64,000 nt of DNA from Clostridia bacterium (GCA_017501645.1 JAFVWN010000062.1:2980-66979), one strand, 5' to 3'. Shown: positions 8,767-18,263, numbered from the stretch's first letter. Notes: generated from the sequence alone by a model not told the origin. Numbers and translations are program-made.

Positions 8767-8796
8767 TTGACAAACTCATAAAATATGAGGTATTAT
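8767..8796 (+). promoter_or_regulatory. Early promoter TTGACA-18-TATTAT with the palindrome CTCATAAAATATGAG in the spacer; flanking TCAAGAAA(G/C)TTG boxes at about 8743 and 8807
   Basis: Divergent from the repressor gene. The palindrome overlaps the spacer, giving a classic operator/promoter layout. Confidence 0.6.
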
Positions 8797-8886
8797 CAAG
8801 TTAATCTTCAAGAAACTTGAGGATTTGGCGTTCCCTTTTTCGCCGACTTAGTTTTTTCATTTGCTAATAATCTCCAATTTATTAGC

Positions 8887-9203
8887 GCGCTGTTCACGAG
8901 GGCATCAGCGGACAAAAGCCCTCTACCAAAGCCCAGGAAAAATAAAAAACCTTAAGAGCCAAATGTTCATTTTATCCTCACTCCTATTTGTATTCTATTG
9001 TTGTTAAAAGGTTTCAACAGAAAAGGGCGTGCAGTTTATGAGAGCATCTGCGTGTCTTAAAAACTCTCTACCAATACAGTCCCTCTTTGAGCAACGGAGG
9101 TTCTGTATGCTCCTTGGGTTTGTGTTGCTCTTTTGATTCTTCCGGGTAGTGACCGACACTCGCTGTTCATGAGGGCATCAGCGATACACAAGCCCTCTGC
9201 CAA
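8887..9203 (+). repeat. Three copies of a ~45-nt pseudoknot-capable motif (8887-8930, 9027-9074, 9161-9203) in the 420-nt early leader
   Basis: Consensus CGCTGTTCAyGAGGGCATCAGCG-N7-8-GCCCTCTrCCAA. Stem 1 is CGCTG/CAGCG and stem 2 is GAGGGC/GCCCTC, interleaved. Copy 2 carries compensatory changes. Confidence 0.7.
9089..9134 (+). terminator. Terminator/attenuator-like hairpin between motif copies 2 and 3
   Basis: GAGCAAC...GTTGCTC outer stem with inner GGAG/CTCC, followed by TTTT. Confidence 0.45.
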
Positions 9204-9222
9204 ATTTAGGAGGAATTAAAAT

Positions 9223-9630
9223 ATGAAAAATATTCAACAAACAATAAATGATTTTACTAGTAAAGCTTTATTTTATAAGTTTCAAGGAGAAGCTGATTTT
9301 TTCTTAAAAGCAAAACCTGTTGTTGATATGATTGAAAAAATAAAAAAGGAAATCGAGCATAAAAAAACCAAAGATTTTGAATTAATCACAAAAGATGCGA
9401 GATGTACTTTTAAAACACGAGCTGAGGCAGAAAAAATTGCTCAAATTCTAGAAAAGTCAGGAATTTCTACAATAATTCTTCCATCAAATAATGCTCCAGA
9501 GCGTTATATATTAAAAAAGTTATTATATGATGAGGAGTCTAAATTAGAAGTAATATTTGAATTCTTAGAATCTCTTGGTGATGATATAGAAAGATTGGAG
9601 AAGAAGGTGTTTGATAATGGAGAAAATTAA
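9223..9630 (+). CDS. Hypothetical protein (element early gene)
   Basis: AGGAGG RBS 8 nt upstream; soluble and charged. Confidence 0.6.
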   Translation: MKNIQQTINDFTSKALFYKFQGEADFFLKAKPVVDMIEKIKKEIEHKKTKDFELITKDARCTFKTRAEAEKIAQILEKSGISTIILPSNNAPERYILKKLLYDEESKLEVIFEFLESLGDDIERLEKKVFDNGEN

Positions 9631-9829
9631 AACACAACTTGAGTATTTTATTGTTGAAACAAAAGACAATTGCTATGTTTTTAAATCTCTTGATTCAGCA
9701 CTTAAAAAATTAAAAAGCTTAATAGCCCTTTTCGGTGTATCAATAATTATTAGACGATACAAACAGATGGAAGTAGAGGAATTTCTATCCAATATATGTT
9801 TAGAAAAAAACATAAGGTTGGAGGAGTAA
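9611..9829 (+). CDS. Hypothetical small protein
   Basis: Overlaps the upstream gene; alternative ATG at 9617. Confidence 0.45.
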   Translation: MIMEKIKTQLEYFIVETKDNCYVFKSLDSALKKLKSLIALFGVSIIIRRYKQMEVEEFLSNICLEKNIRLEE

Positions 9830-9831
9830 TT

Positions 9832-10158
9832 ATGGAAATTCCAAAAGATACTCAATGTAAAATCTGCGATTGGCTTGATGCTATGAGTAAAAAAGTTTCA
9901 ACGGAACGAAATTCTATAAAAAAGCAAGTTGAAAACTCAAAATATATTGGCGGAATCAAATTTGTTTTTGAAGCTGGCGGAAAAGTCGTTTATCGACCAA
10001 AACATAGTCATTCTATTTATTTTAACAATTCAAAAAATAAAATAATCATCAACGAGTTTACAACTAATCAAACAATTGGAGTTCTCCAAATGCTTGATTA
10101 TGCAGGGATTAGAACAAGTTTTACAGATAATGTTTTAACAATAAAGGAGGTTTTATGA
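9832..10158 (+). CDS. Hypothetical protein
   Basis: ATG 9832 follows GGAGGAG and is preferred over the upstream ORF-track start at 9796. ATGA overlap with the next gene. Confidence 0.55.
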   Translation: MEIPKDTQCKICDWLDAMSKKVSTERNSIKKQVENSKYIGGIKFVFEAGGKVVYRPKHSHSIYFNNSKNKIIINEFTTNQTIGVLQMLDYAGIRTSFTDNVLTIKEVL

Positions 10159-12995
10159 GAAAATTTCTAAAATCTATATCTTTATTTTTTATGGTATTGG
10201 CACTGGTGCTAATACCTTTTAGTATTTTTAAAAATACTGAAACTACAGCAGAGGCATCCTTTAATGATTCATATGTTCAAGAGTTATCATTTAAGAATAA
10301 CGCAATATTTGTAACATATGCAAATGAAACTCTTGTTGGTGTAGATAAAGATGGTTATTTTTATAAAATGACTGATGAAGGTGCTTTTAATAAAACAGGA
10401 TATAAGTTCTCAATTTCTTTAAAAGCATTCACTTTAAGTTCTGCGTACTATAAAGGTTCAAACAATTATATTGCATATACAAACAATACAATTGTTATTG
10501 CTGGAACAGACGGAACTAATACAATTCTTTATTATTCAGTCGATACCGGAACAACTTGGGAACAAGTAACTTTAGGAACAAAAACAGTTGCTGGTTATCC
10601 AATCAGTATAATAACAGGAAATGGATATTTTGCTCTAATAACGGCGGTTGTTAATGGCAGTGAAAAATATACTTCTGCAAACATATATTCATCAACAAAT
10701 GGTGCTGACTGGACTCTAGCAACTCCTAATGTTTATCTTGATTACCAATTCTCTTTCAGCAACGGTTATTTCTTTAGAACAGAATATACAACAAATGCGG
10801 ACCCAGTTGTATACTATTCAACAAACTTAAAAGACTGGAGTAGTTTTGTTTCTCCAATAGGTATAATTGCCGGCAACTCTGGATATTCGAATCCTCAACT
10901 TTCAATTTTATATACAAATAACACTTTCTGCATTTTTGGTTTTGACAAAATGTTCACCTCAGCAAGTTTGACTGGAGCATGGAAGCAGGTGGAGATACCC
11001 GCAGTAACACCTTTCAATGTAGAAAATATATTCAAAACTGTACCATATCAAAACGGAGCAATTTTATGTTCGGATGAATATATCTGGTACGCAGATGTAT
11101 CTCTTGATGGCTTGAGCAACTTAAAAATATTAATGTCTAAAGCAATTGATTTTACAATTGAGCAAACAGGAAATGCTTCTATTTACGGAAACACTGTAGC
11201 CGAATCAACAAACAGTCTTGTAATTGGTTTTAACAATTTCTACGGACAAACACTTGATTCAAGTTATAATTTAGCACATTTCAATATTTATAATAAGCTC
11301 GCAAAACACACTGTAACATTCCAGGACTGGAATGGCAATGTAATTTCTTCAGTTGAGGTTGTTGATGGTGAAACTGTTGTTGCTCCAACAAATCCAACAA
11401 GAGAAGGATACACATTCACTTCTTGGAGCGGAGACATCTCTCAAGCAATTACCAAAGATACAACCTTTATTGCTCAATACAGAATCAATGATTGCTCAGT
11501 TTTATTTATTGATTATAACGGTCAAACAATAAAACAAATGTATGTAGAATACGGAACTACTCTTTCAACAAGTGATATTCCAAGGCCAACAAGAGTGGGC
11601 TATCAATTTATTGGTTGGGATAAAGACACAGATGAAGTTATTAAAACAAATACAACTTTTACAGCTCAATACTCACAAGAGGCAAAATTAATTTTAAAAT
11701 ATCCAGCAATCTCTGGAACAGCTGGATTGATTAATCAATTCCATAAAACAACTGTAACAGAAAAAGAGTTTACTTTTAGAGTAGGCGACACAACTCAATC
11801 AGTAGAATATATAGATTTTGTTAATGATGTACTTACTCCATGGTATAACGACTTTACAGATGATGGCGATTACGATTATGATGTAAAGTTTATCTCTTGG
11901 GATAAAGAGGTTCCAAAATATATTTATGAAGACACTGTAGTAACAGCAGTATTTGAGAAGCTTTTAAATGTAAGACTTGAATACTACTCTCAATTAAGAT
12001 TCAAAGTTTCTACAGACAGTTTATATTATTCAACCTATATTGGTTACATGAAAATTGAGAAGCTTGTAACTTCTGGAACAGTAATTAATATTGAAGACTT
12101 TAAGAGAAGAGATGTTGATTATGAAGTTTACAATGCTCACACCGGGGCTTTTTATAACAATCTTGTTGGTTTTGAGTTCTTAGGCTGGAACACAGACATC
12201 TCTCAAGCAATTACTGAAGATACAATAATAAAAGGTAATTATAAAATGCCAACAATCAAAGTGAGAATGTATGATGCCGAAGACTACTTATTCCATGATG
12301 AAGACCAACAAATATCATTCCTCACAATTGAAGATATTATTAATATGATTGATGCTGGTTCAGTCTGGGATTCTTATAAAGAATTATTAAGAAATATGTT
12401 CTTGCTTCGTTGGGGTGAAATTGGAGACCAAATAACAGACAAGCTTGATTTTAACAGTTATGTTCGAGGGATAGGGGAATATCATAATGCTTCAACGCAA
12501 ATATTAACAGGTTATGTTCAAATCAATACGGATAATCCAGAGATTTACGATGGAGTTTTTGGAAGTGCTTCTGCAGAGGTTCAAGAAGGTGATATTTTAC
12601 ACTATCATTCTGGAACAGCAACAGAAAACAACTTAACATATTGGATTAATCCAATTGTTTTCAGTAATAGTCTATACAAACTTGAATGTCATGTAACCTA
12701 CGGAACTGCATTAGATGACGCAGTAAAAACGATTAATAATATTTGGAATAGTATTGCTAGTGTATTCAAATGGATATGGAATTTCATCAAAGAATGGTGG
12801 TGGGTCATTGTTCTTGTGGTGCTTGCAATAATATTCCGTAAGCCTCTTATCGCATTTTTAACAGTGGTCTTTCAAGCAATAGGAAAGTTCTTTAAATGGA
12901 TTGGTAACAAAATAAAATCCGCTTCTAACAAAACAAAGAAGTTGAATAAAGAGCATTCCAAGGCGAAAAAAGATAAAACTTGGAAAGGGAGGTAA
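10155..12995 (+). CDS. Large secreted, C-terminally membrane-anchored surface protein: Asp-box/BNR-like region plus two Listeria-Bacteroides repeats; candidate adsorption (pIII-like) protein
   Basis: Signal peptide MRKFLKSISLFFMVLALVLIPF..AEA. SVDTGTTW and STNGADW Asp-box-like motifs. Two Flg_new-type repeats (VTFQDWNGN..GYTFTSWSGD; VLFIDYNGQ..GYQFIGWDKD). C-terminal TM WWWVIVLVVLAIIF plus a basic tail. Confidence 0.7.
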   Translation: MRKFLKSISLFFMVLALVLIPFSIFKNTETTAEASFNDSYVQELSFKNNAIFVTYANETLVGVDKDGYFYKMTDEGAFNKTGYKFSISLKAFTLSSAYYKGSNNYIAYTNNTIVIAGTDGTNTILYYSVDTGTTWEQVTLGTKTVAGYPISIITGNGYFALITAVVNGSEKYTSANIYSSTNGADWTLATPNVYLDYQFSFSNGYFFRTEYTTNADPVVYYSTNLKDWSSFVSPIGIIAGNSGYSNPQLSILYTNNTFCIFGFDKMFTSASLTGAWKQVEIPAVTPFNVENIFKTVPYQNGAILCSDEYIWYADVSLDGLSNLKILMSKAIDFTIEQTGNASIYGNTVAESTNSLVIGFNNFYGQTLDSSYNLAHFNIYNKLAKHTVTFQDWNGNVISSVEVVDGETVVAPTNPTREGYTFTSWSGDISQAITKDTTFIAQYRINDCSVLFIDYNGQTIKQMYVEYGTTLSTSDIPRPTRVGYQFIGWDKDTDEVIKTNTTFTAQYSQEAKLILKYPAISGTAGLINQFHKTTVTEKEFTFRVGDTTQSVEYIDFVNDVLTPWYNDFTDDGDYDYDVKFISWDKEVPKYIYEDTVVTAVFEKLLNVRLEYYSQLRFKVSTDSLYYSTYIGYMKIEKLVTSGTVINIEDFKRRDVDYEVYNAHTGAFYNNLVGFEFLGWNTDISQAITEDTIIKGNYKMPTIKVRMYDAEDYLFHDEDQQISFLTIEDIINMIDAGSVWDSYKELLRNMFLLRWGEIGDQITDKLDFNSYVRGIGEYHNASTQILTGYVQINTDNPEIYDGVFGSASAEVQEGDILHYHSGTATENNLTYWINPIVFSNSLYKLECHVTYGTALDDAVKTINNIWNSIASVFKWIWNFIKEWWWVIVLVVLAIIFRKPLIAFLTVVFQAIGKFFKWIGNKIKSASNKTKKLNKEHSKAKKDKTWKGR

Positions 12996-13041
12996 GAGTA
13001 AAAATAAAACAACAAAATAAAAAAAAGGAGGAAATACAACC

Positions 13042-13305
13042 GTGAAAAAAGTTTTAATAGGAATTTTAGTAGTATTAGGAATTATTATTGGTGGAGGAGC
13101 AATCGCATATCATACTTCGCCAACATTTAAAGACTGGACTGATAAAAATATTTTAAAATATGAGCAAGTTGTAGATAAAGACGATGAATCTAGTGATGAT
13201 ACAACAGGCGATGATACAACTGGTGACGAAGTTCCTGGTGACAACACTACAGGAGACGAAGTTCCTGGCGATGACACAACTGGTGATGAAACCACTGATG
13301 CGTAG
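13042..13305 (+). CDS. Small membrane protein with an acidic TGDE(VPGD) repeat tail
   Basis: GTG start after AAGGAGG; N-terminal TM helix; tandem coding repeats. Confidence 0.6.
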   Translation: MKKVLIGILVVLGIIIGGGAIAYHTSPTFKDWTDKNILKYEQVVDKDDESSDDTTGDDTTGDEVPGDNTTGDEVPGDDTTGDETTDA

Positions 13306-13318
13306 TTAGGAGGAAATT

Positions 13319-14713
13319 ATGAGGGCTATTTGGAAATTTTTTAAATCTCTACTTGCCCTCTTTGGTTTTGCAATTGTTTTTTGGATTGGAGCATATTTTT
13401 TAGTTCCAGAAGTAAATCAATGGACTAATGAAAATGTTTTTAAAATAGAACAGAATAGCTCAAACAAAGAGGAAGTAGAATCTTTACAAATACAGCTTGA
13501 AGAAAAAGAAGCTGTAATTGTAACCATCAATTCACAGCTTACAGAAGAAAAAAATAATGTAACACAGCTTGAGACTGAAATAGCTGTGCTTACAAGTGAA
13601 AAAGAAACTCTTGAAGCAGACTTTGAAGCTAATAAAGAAGAGCTTGCAGAGGTTAATAGTCTGTTAGAAGAAAAACTTGCTGAATTAAATTCAGCTCAGG
13701 AAACAGTTAATTCTTTGGAAAGTGAATTAGCTTTAAAAGAAGTAGAAATTGCATCTTTGAACCAACAAATTGAAAGATACGAATCTGCTTCAGTAAAAGA
13801 CCCAGATAAACTATATATTGAAGATTTTTTAAACAACGGAAAAATTTATGCGTTCGATGTTGGCAATAATAAATTTTTAATAAGTGCAGAAAGTGGAGAA
13901 ACTGGTGTTTATGTCTTCGATAAAATCAACTATTCAATTAAACAAGTTTTTAAAAGCTTCACCGCTTGGGATTCAGTTTCGCAATTACCGAACGGAAACT
14001 TTATTGTATCTACTGCGAAATCAACTAAATGTGGAGTTTGCGTGTACAATCCGACAGACGATACTTTTGAGCAACTTTCAACAGCTGGTAAAAGTTTTAA
14101 ATTCTTAGCTCAAAAAAGCGATACTGAAGTGTTTGTCGCAGGAAGTATTTTATGTGTTTTAAATCTTGAAACGAAAGAAGTTAAAACAATTCTAACAGGA
14201 GCAACTCTTGATACTTACATGAAGGTTGATGATTATCATGTATTTTCATCTACCAACGGTTCTTTTCAAGGATTGTGGTTCATGAAGGAAGGAAGTGATT
14301 CTGTAACAAAGTTGTCTGGAGTTACAGGTCTACAATATACAGTATCTTTTAAACTAAGTGATGGAAGATATTTGATAAAATCAAGCGTTGGTTTGACTAG
14401 TAATACTCATTTGTTATTAGTCGATTTTGAAACCGCAACAGGTGAGTTATTATCTAAAACAGCACATGAAGAATTTTATAAATTTATTCAAGTTGATAAT
14501 TTTGTTTTAATGTTAAACAAAAGTGGTAACGGTACTTATTATGTAGATGTTTTAAATCTAGATACAAAGACAATTACAGAAAATGAGATTTCTGGAGGTA
14601 TAGATAGTCACGAAGTTTATGATGATTATGTAAAAATCTATTCAAGTAATCCAAATCGTACAGATGTTTATCATATCAGCAGAACCACAGGTGAAGTTAC
14701 AAAAGTTGCTTAG
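13319..14713 (+). CDS. Membrane-anchored coiled-coil protein with a beta-rich C-terminal domain
   Basis: N-terminal TM, ~110-aa heptad-like E/L/K region, then repetitive beta-strand-like sequence. Confidence 0.6.
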   Translation: MRAIWKFFKSLLALFGFAIVFWIGAYFLVPEVNQWTNENVFKIEQNSSNKEEVESLQIQLEEKEAVIVTINSQLTEEKNNVTQLETEIAVLTSEKETLEADFEANKEELAEVNSLLEEKLAELNSAQETVNSLESELALKEVEIASLNQQIERYESASVKDPDKLYIEDFLNNGKIYAFDVGNNKFLISAESGETGVYVFDKINYSIKQVFKSFTAWDSVSQLPNGNFIVSTAKSTKCGVCVYNPTDDTFEQLSTAGKSFKFLAQKSDTEVFVAGSILCVLNLETKEVKTILTGATLDTYMKVDDYHVFSSTNGSFQGLWFMKEGSDSVTKLSGVTGLQYTVSFKLSDGRYLIKSSVGLTSNTHLLLVDFETATGELLSKTAHEEFYKFIQVDNFVLMLNKSGNGTYYVDVLNLDTKTITENEISGGIDSHEVYDDYVKIYSSNPNRTDVYHISRTTGEVTKVA

Positions 14714-14723
14714 GAGACTCTAG

Positions 14724-15026
14724 ATGAAACAGTTTTTTAAAATATTACTCACAGTGTTAAACATTATTAGTTTTATACTTGTTGGCTATATGTCCTTCGA
14801 CTACCTTTCAGCAATCTTCTCTGGAGGAACGGAAGTGATTGGTGTTGCACTTACGCTTCCAATATTCCTGGCTGTAGTTGGAGTAGATTTAGTTCTATCA
14901 ATTATTAACTTAATTATTGGTAAAAAAACACAATCTAAAGAAAAAATATGGTTTAGTGTAGTATTCATATTTTTTGATATATTAACCACTATAACTATAT
15001 TTGCTGGTTTATATTTATTAAATTAA
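14724..15026 (+). CDS. Small polytopic membrane protein (3 TM)
   Basis: AGGAG RBS; strongly hydrophobic. Confidence 0.6.
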   Translation: MKQFFKILLTVLNIISFILVGYMSFDYLSAIFSGGTEVIGVALTLPIFLAVVGVDLVLSIINLIIGKKTQSKEKIWFSVVFIFFDILTTITIFAGLYLLN

Positions 15027-15076
15027 ACAAAAGGAAAAGGCTTACAGAAAGTCTGTAAGCCTTGGGGTTTTTAAAT

Positions 15077-15436
15077 ATGGCAAAAGAAATTAAACGAGGA
15101 CAATTTTATAGTATAAATAATAAAAAAGTTTTTGGCCATAGAGGAAGGGTTGTTTCTGTTAAAAAAAATAAGGTTAAGTTGGTTGCTGTTACGCACTCAA
15201 AAGAAATTGTTAGAAAAAAGAAAATTAAAGGCCTAATTCGAATTAGAAAAGAAAAAACAATACCTTTGTTAAAAAATCCTAATCCTAGTGACGCAAAAAA
15301 AGCTTATGTAGTAAAAAGACCCATACTTGCTAGTAAAAGACAAATTGGAAAGCACCATTCTAATATGTCTGTTACAAATGCTCATGATAAAAGCATTTTT
15401 AGAAAAGTCGGTCGAAAAAAAATCAAAAAAAAATAG
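15077..15436 (+). CDS. Very basic (K/R-rich) small protein, possible nucleic-acid-binding protein
   Basis: ATG 15077 is preferred. Sequence KRGQFYSIN..GHRGRVVSV..VAVTHS followed by a lysine-rich tail. Confidence 0.5.
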   Translation: MAKEIKRGQFYSINNKKVFGHRGRVVSVKKNKVKLVAVTHSKEIVRKKKIKGLIRIRKEKTIPLLKNPNPSDAKKAYVVKRPILASKRQIGKHHSNMSVTNAHDKSIFRKVGRKKIKKK

Positions 15437-15610
15437 ATGGGATTGGTTACCGAAAATAATTCGTACCGGGCCACCTCGTCGACTAGGTCAGTTAGGTGTA
15501 TCAACCATCTATATAATTATTATATGCTAATTAATTAAAAAAGTCAACACTAAATATAAAAAATCATCACAAAGTTGACTTTTTTTAATATAGATGCAGA
15601 GGAGAACTTT

Positions 15611-15823
15611 ATGCAGATTATTCAAATTATATTAATTGTAATTACATTATTAGGTTTATTATGTGGACACTGGCTAGGACCGATGCTTGCAAAGGTTCTC
15701 AATCCAATAATTAATAGTCCCTGGGGAGCAGTTATCACAACAATTGCACTATTAGTTTTAATAATTAACTTAATCAACTGGTTGATTTGTTTAGGAAGAA
15801 TTAATAAAAATGGAAGATATTAA
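15611..15823 (+). CDS. 70-aa two-TM membrane protein (coat/assembly-protein-sized)
   Basis: ATG 15611 after AGGAG; two hydrophobic helices; overlaps the ATPase gene. Confidence 0.55.
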   Translation: MQIIQIILIVITLLGLLCGHWLGPMLAKVLNPIINSPWGAVITTIALLVLIINLINWLICLGRINKNGRY

Positions 15824-17183
15824 AAACTTAAAATATCCAAATAAAGAAGCTTCAATGTTTTGGTATAAGCCAAACTGGAAAGCGAATCTACACATAAGAC
15901 AAGAGCCAATCCTACAGCCATGGCAGATTTTAAAAATGAAGCATAAGCCATGGCGATATTTAGGCTTAGCCCCATGGCAAGACAGAACTCCAGTATTTTA
16001 TTCATTCTCTGGAGATAAGGCGTATGCAATAGCACATACGCTTCCTCTTTTAAGTTTTGCATTTTGGTTTGGATTAATAGCTTTAACTTTAGCGTATCAC
16101 AACCTCCAATCAATTTTGTGGTGGATTCTGGCAGGAACAATAGGTTTCCCTTTTTTCATTCAAGCAATAAATTGTTTGAGACAACTTATTGCAGAAGTTA
16201 GAGTGAAGCACTTTATAGGTTACGGAATGGCCGGCGTTCATGCAATAGTGGTAGACGGTAAAGTAGGGGCAGGAAAAACATCCTCTCTACTTGAAAGTTA
16301 TACAATTTTGGCAAAAATGAGATGGAATCAAATTTGTCATGCGGTGAGGTTGTTACAGCCTTTTGAGGAAGATATTCCATACTGGAGGGCGGATTTAAGA
16401 AAGTCGGCAGAAGAAATACTTGAGACTTATTATTTTTTCTTAGACAGTGGAACAGTTCCTCTTTTATATACTTCTGTACCAGCAATGATTGATGGAATGT
16501 TTACGAATAAACTACAAGCATCTCATTTGATGCAAGAAGAACGATTGCCATATGGTGCAGTAATAATAATTGATGAAAGTGCGTTAGTACTTCCGCAGAG
16601 GTTATATACAGCTCAGCCATACGCATTAATAGAGTTCTTTAAGTTTTTAAGACATGACGGAGACTTTTATGTTGGAGCAACAGAGCAAGACGAAAACAGC
16701 AATCTAATATATTTGAGACGAGCTTGCGGAAAGGTTGTTCATGTCATCGAGCAAGAACACATATTAAAATCAAGATTGTTGCAATGGATATATGATTTTT
16801 TAAACAATCATATAAAAAACATGACACAGAAAAAAGCAGGTTTTTTACATCGTTTTAAAAAGATAATAGACAACTTTGGCTTTCGAAAATATTACTACAA
16901 AGAATATCTTGGTGGTGACGAAGAGAACGGAAGAATCAAATCCTTTGTTGTGAAACCGTCACTTTCAATAAAGTACAATAGTAGGTCATACAAGAATATT
17001 TACAGATGTAAAGATAAGCCATTAAAAGTTTCTACATGGATGAGTCTATATCTAACTGAACAAGAACTCAAAGAGGTTTTCTCTAACGATTTGAAAGACA
17101 TGGCAAAGAGTAAGGTTCAAATCAAGAGAGAAGCAACGGAGCGAAGAATAAATAAAAACAAAGGAGAATCAAATGGAAAATAA
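15810..17183 (+). CDS. Zot / filamentous-phage pI-like P-loop ATPase with an N-terminal membrane domain
   Basis: Walker A VDGKVGAGKTS, Walker B VIIIDESALVLPQR, then LIEFFKFLRHDGDF. This ordering matches the M13 gpI/Zot pattern as I recall it. TM helices at about residues 75-125. Confidence 0.6.
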   Translation: MEDIKNLKYPNKEASMFWYKPNWKANLHIRQEPILQPWQILKMKHKPWRYLGLAPWQDRTPVFYSFSGDKAYAIAHTLPLLSFAFWFGLIALTLAYHNLQSILWWILAGTIGFPFFIQAINCLRQLIAEVRVKHFIGYGMAGVHAIVVDGKVGAGKTSSLLESYTILAKMRWNQICHAVRLLQPFEEDIPYWRADLRKSAEEILETYYFFLDSGTVPLLYTSVPAMIDGMFTNKLQASHLMQEERLPYGAVIIIDESALVLPQRLYTAQPYALIEFFKFLRHDGDFYVGATEQDENSNLIYLRRACGKVVHVIEQEHILKSRLLQWIYDFLNNHIKNMTQKKAGFLHRFKKIIDNFGFRKYYYKEYLGGDEENGRIKSFVVKPSLSIKYNSRSYKNIYRCKDKPLKVSTWMSLYLTEQELKEVFSNDLKDMAKSKVQIKREATERRINKNKGESNGK

Positions 17184-17379
17184 ATTAAAAGTTGGGAAAG
17201 TAAAACCAAAAAATTCTAGTTACATATACACTTTATATGCCTACTTTAGCGAAAAGGGCAAATTTTTATATTTTAAATATGACAACATTATAACTTGCTA
17301 TGTTGATGACATTTTAGAGTTTGCAAGTATCTTTAACTGTGATAAAGAACAATTATATAAACTAGAGCAGTTGATTTAA
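17173..17379 (+). CDS. Hypothetical small protein
   Basis: AAAGGAGA RBS; overlaps the ATPase stop. Confidence 0.5.
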   Translation: MENKLKVGKVKPKNSSYIYTLYAYFSEKGKFLYFKYDNIITCYVDDILEFASIFNCDKEQLYKLEQLI

Positions 17380-17396
17380 TAAAGGAGAAAAATATA

Positions 17397-18263
17397 GTGG
17401 AATCTACAAAACAATTTTATGATAATTTAATTATGTTTTATGAGTCAGCCCCCGCCAGTGAACATACATTGGCACTTATAATTAAAAATCTTAAGGAGTG
17501 CCAGAAAAGGGAAGAGCACTTAAATTCAAAAATTGAAGCAAATGCCAGGGCTGAAGAGTGCTTATTAAGTCAATTTAATTTTGCCAGGGCTGATGCAGAA
17601 TACTATAAAACCGAACTCAAGAGAACGGAAGACCAGTTGCGAAGTGTAAACTTTTCTTCAAGGAGATCTGAAAGAATTGATGCAATCAATGCTGGATTAA
17701 AGAAAGAATGCAGAGAGAAAAAGCATCATGTTGAGTTCTTGCTAAAAAAAATACATGATGAACAAAATCAAATCGCCGACCTAGAAGCAAAACTTGCAGA
17801 GAGTGAAGACAAATGCAACAAACAGTGGTTGCAGATTCAAGCAGATACCGAACACATACAAAGACTAGAACAGCAACTTGCAGAGTTAGAAGTAAAAAAT
17901 GATAAGTTAGGAACAGAATTATGCAATGCTGATAATATTGTAAGTTATTTGCAACAGCAACTTGCAGAGAAAGAGCAAAAAATTGAAAAATTGCAACATT
18001 ATAATGATAGATTAGCACAGGGAATTTATCATAGTTATGGGGAGCATTTTATATTAAAAATAAACCAAGACAAAATATCGTTTGCAGTAGAGCAGTTGAA
18101 ATGTATTTTAAACATCACAGAAAGTATATTTGAAAAAGCATTAAAACAAAGTAGTATTAATCAATCTTTTTATGATGAGATTTTAAACTGCATAGATAAT
18201 CAAATTAAAAGCTTTAGAGGAGGGGAAAAACATAGCTGTAACCAAAGAACAAAAAAAAAGTAA
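17397..18263 (+). CDS. Coiled-coil protein, function unknown
   Basis: GTG start after AAGGAG. Repeated QQLAE(K/L)E heptads. Ends in an A9 run. Confidence 0.6.
   Translation: MESTKQFYDNLIMFYESAPASEHTLALIIKNLKECQKREEHLNSKIEANARAEECLLSQFNFARADAEYYKTELKRTEDQLRSVNFSSRRSERIDAINAGLKKECREKKHHVEFLLKKIHDEQNQIADLEAKLAESEDKCNKQWLQIQADTEHIQRLEQQLAELEVKNDKLGTELCNADNIVSYLQQQLAEKEQKIEKLQHYNDRLAQGIYHSYGEHFILKINQDKISFAVEQLKCILNITESIFEKALKQSSINQSFYDEILNCIDNQIKSFRGGEKHSCNQRTKKK

Noticed and set aside
8963-9215. Mini-ORFs in the prophage leader (MFILSSLLFVFYCC; MRASACLKNSLP...; MRASAIHKPSAKFRRN)
   Set aside because: The MRASA similarity comes from the repeated nucleotide motif. Copy 1 has ACG instead of ATG, the frames diverge after indels, and no RBS is present. 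An RNA/DNA motif explains the conservation better.
13190-13300. Short tandem DNA repeats that could be mistaken for a repeat array
   Set aside because: They are in-frame coding repeats (TGDE/VPGD) inside a small membrane protein and have no spacer structure.
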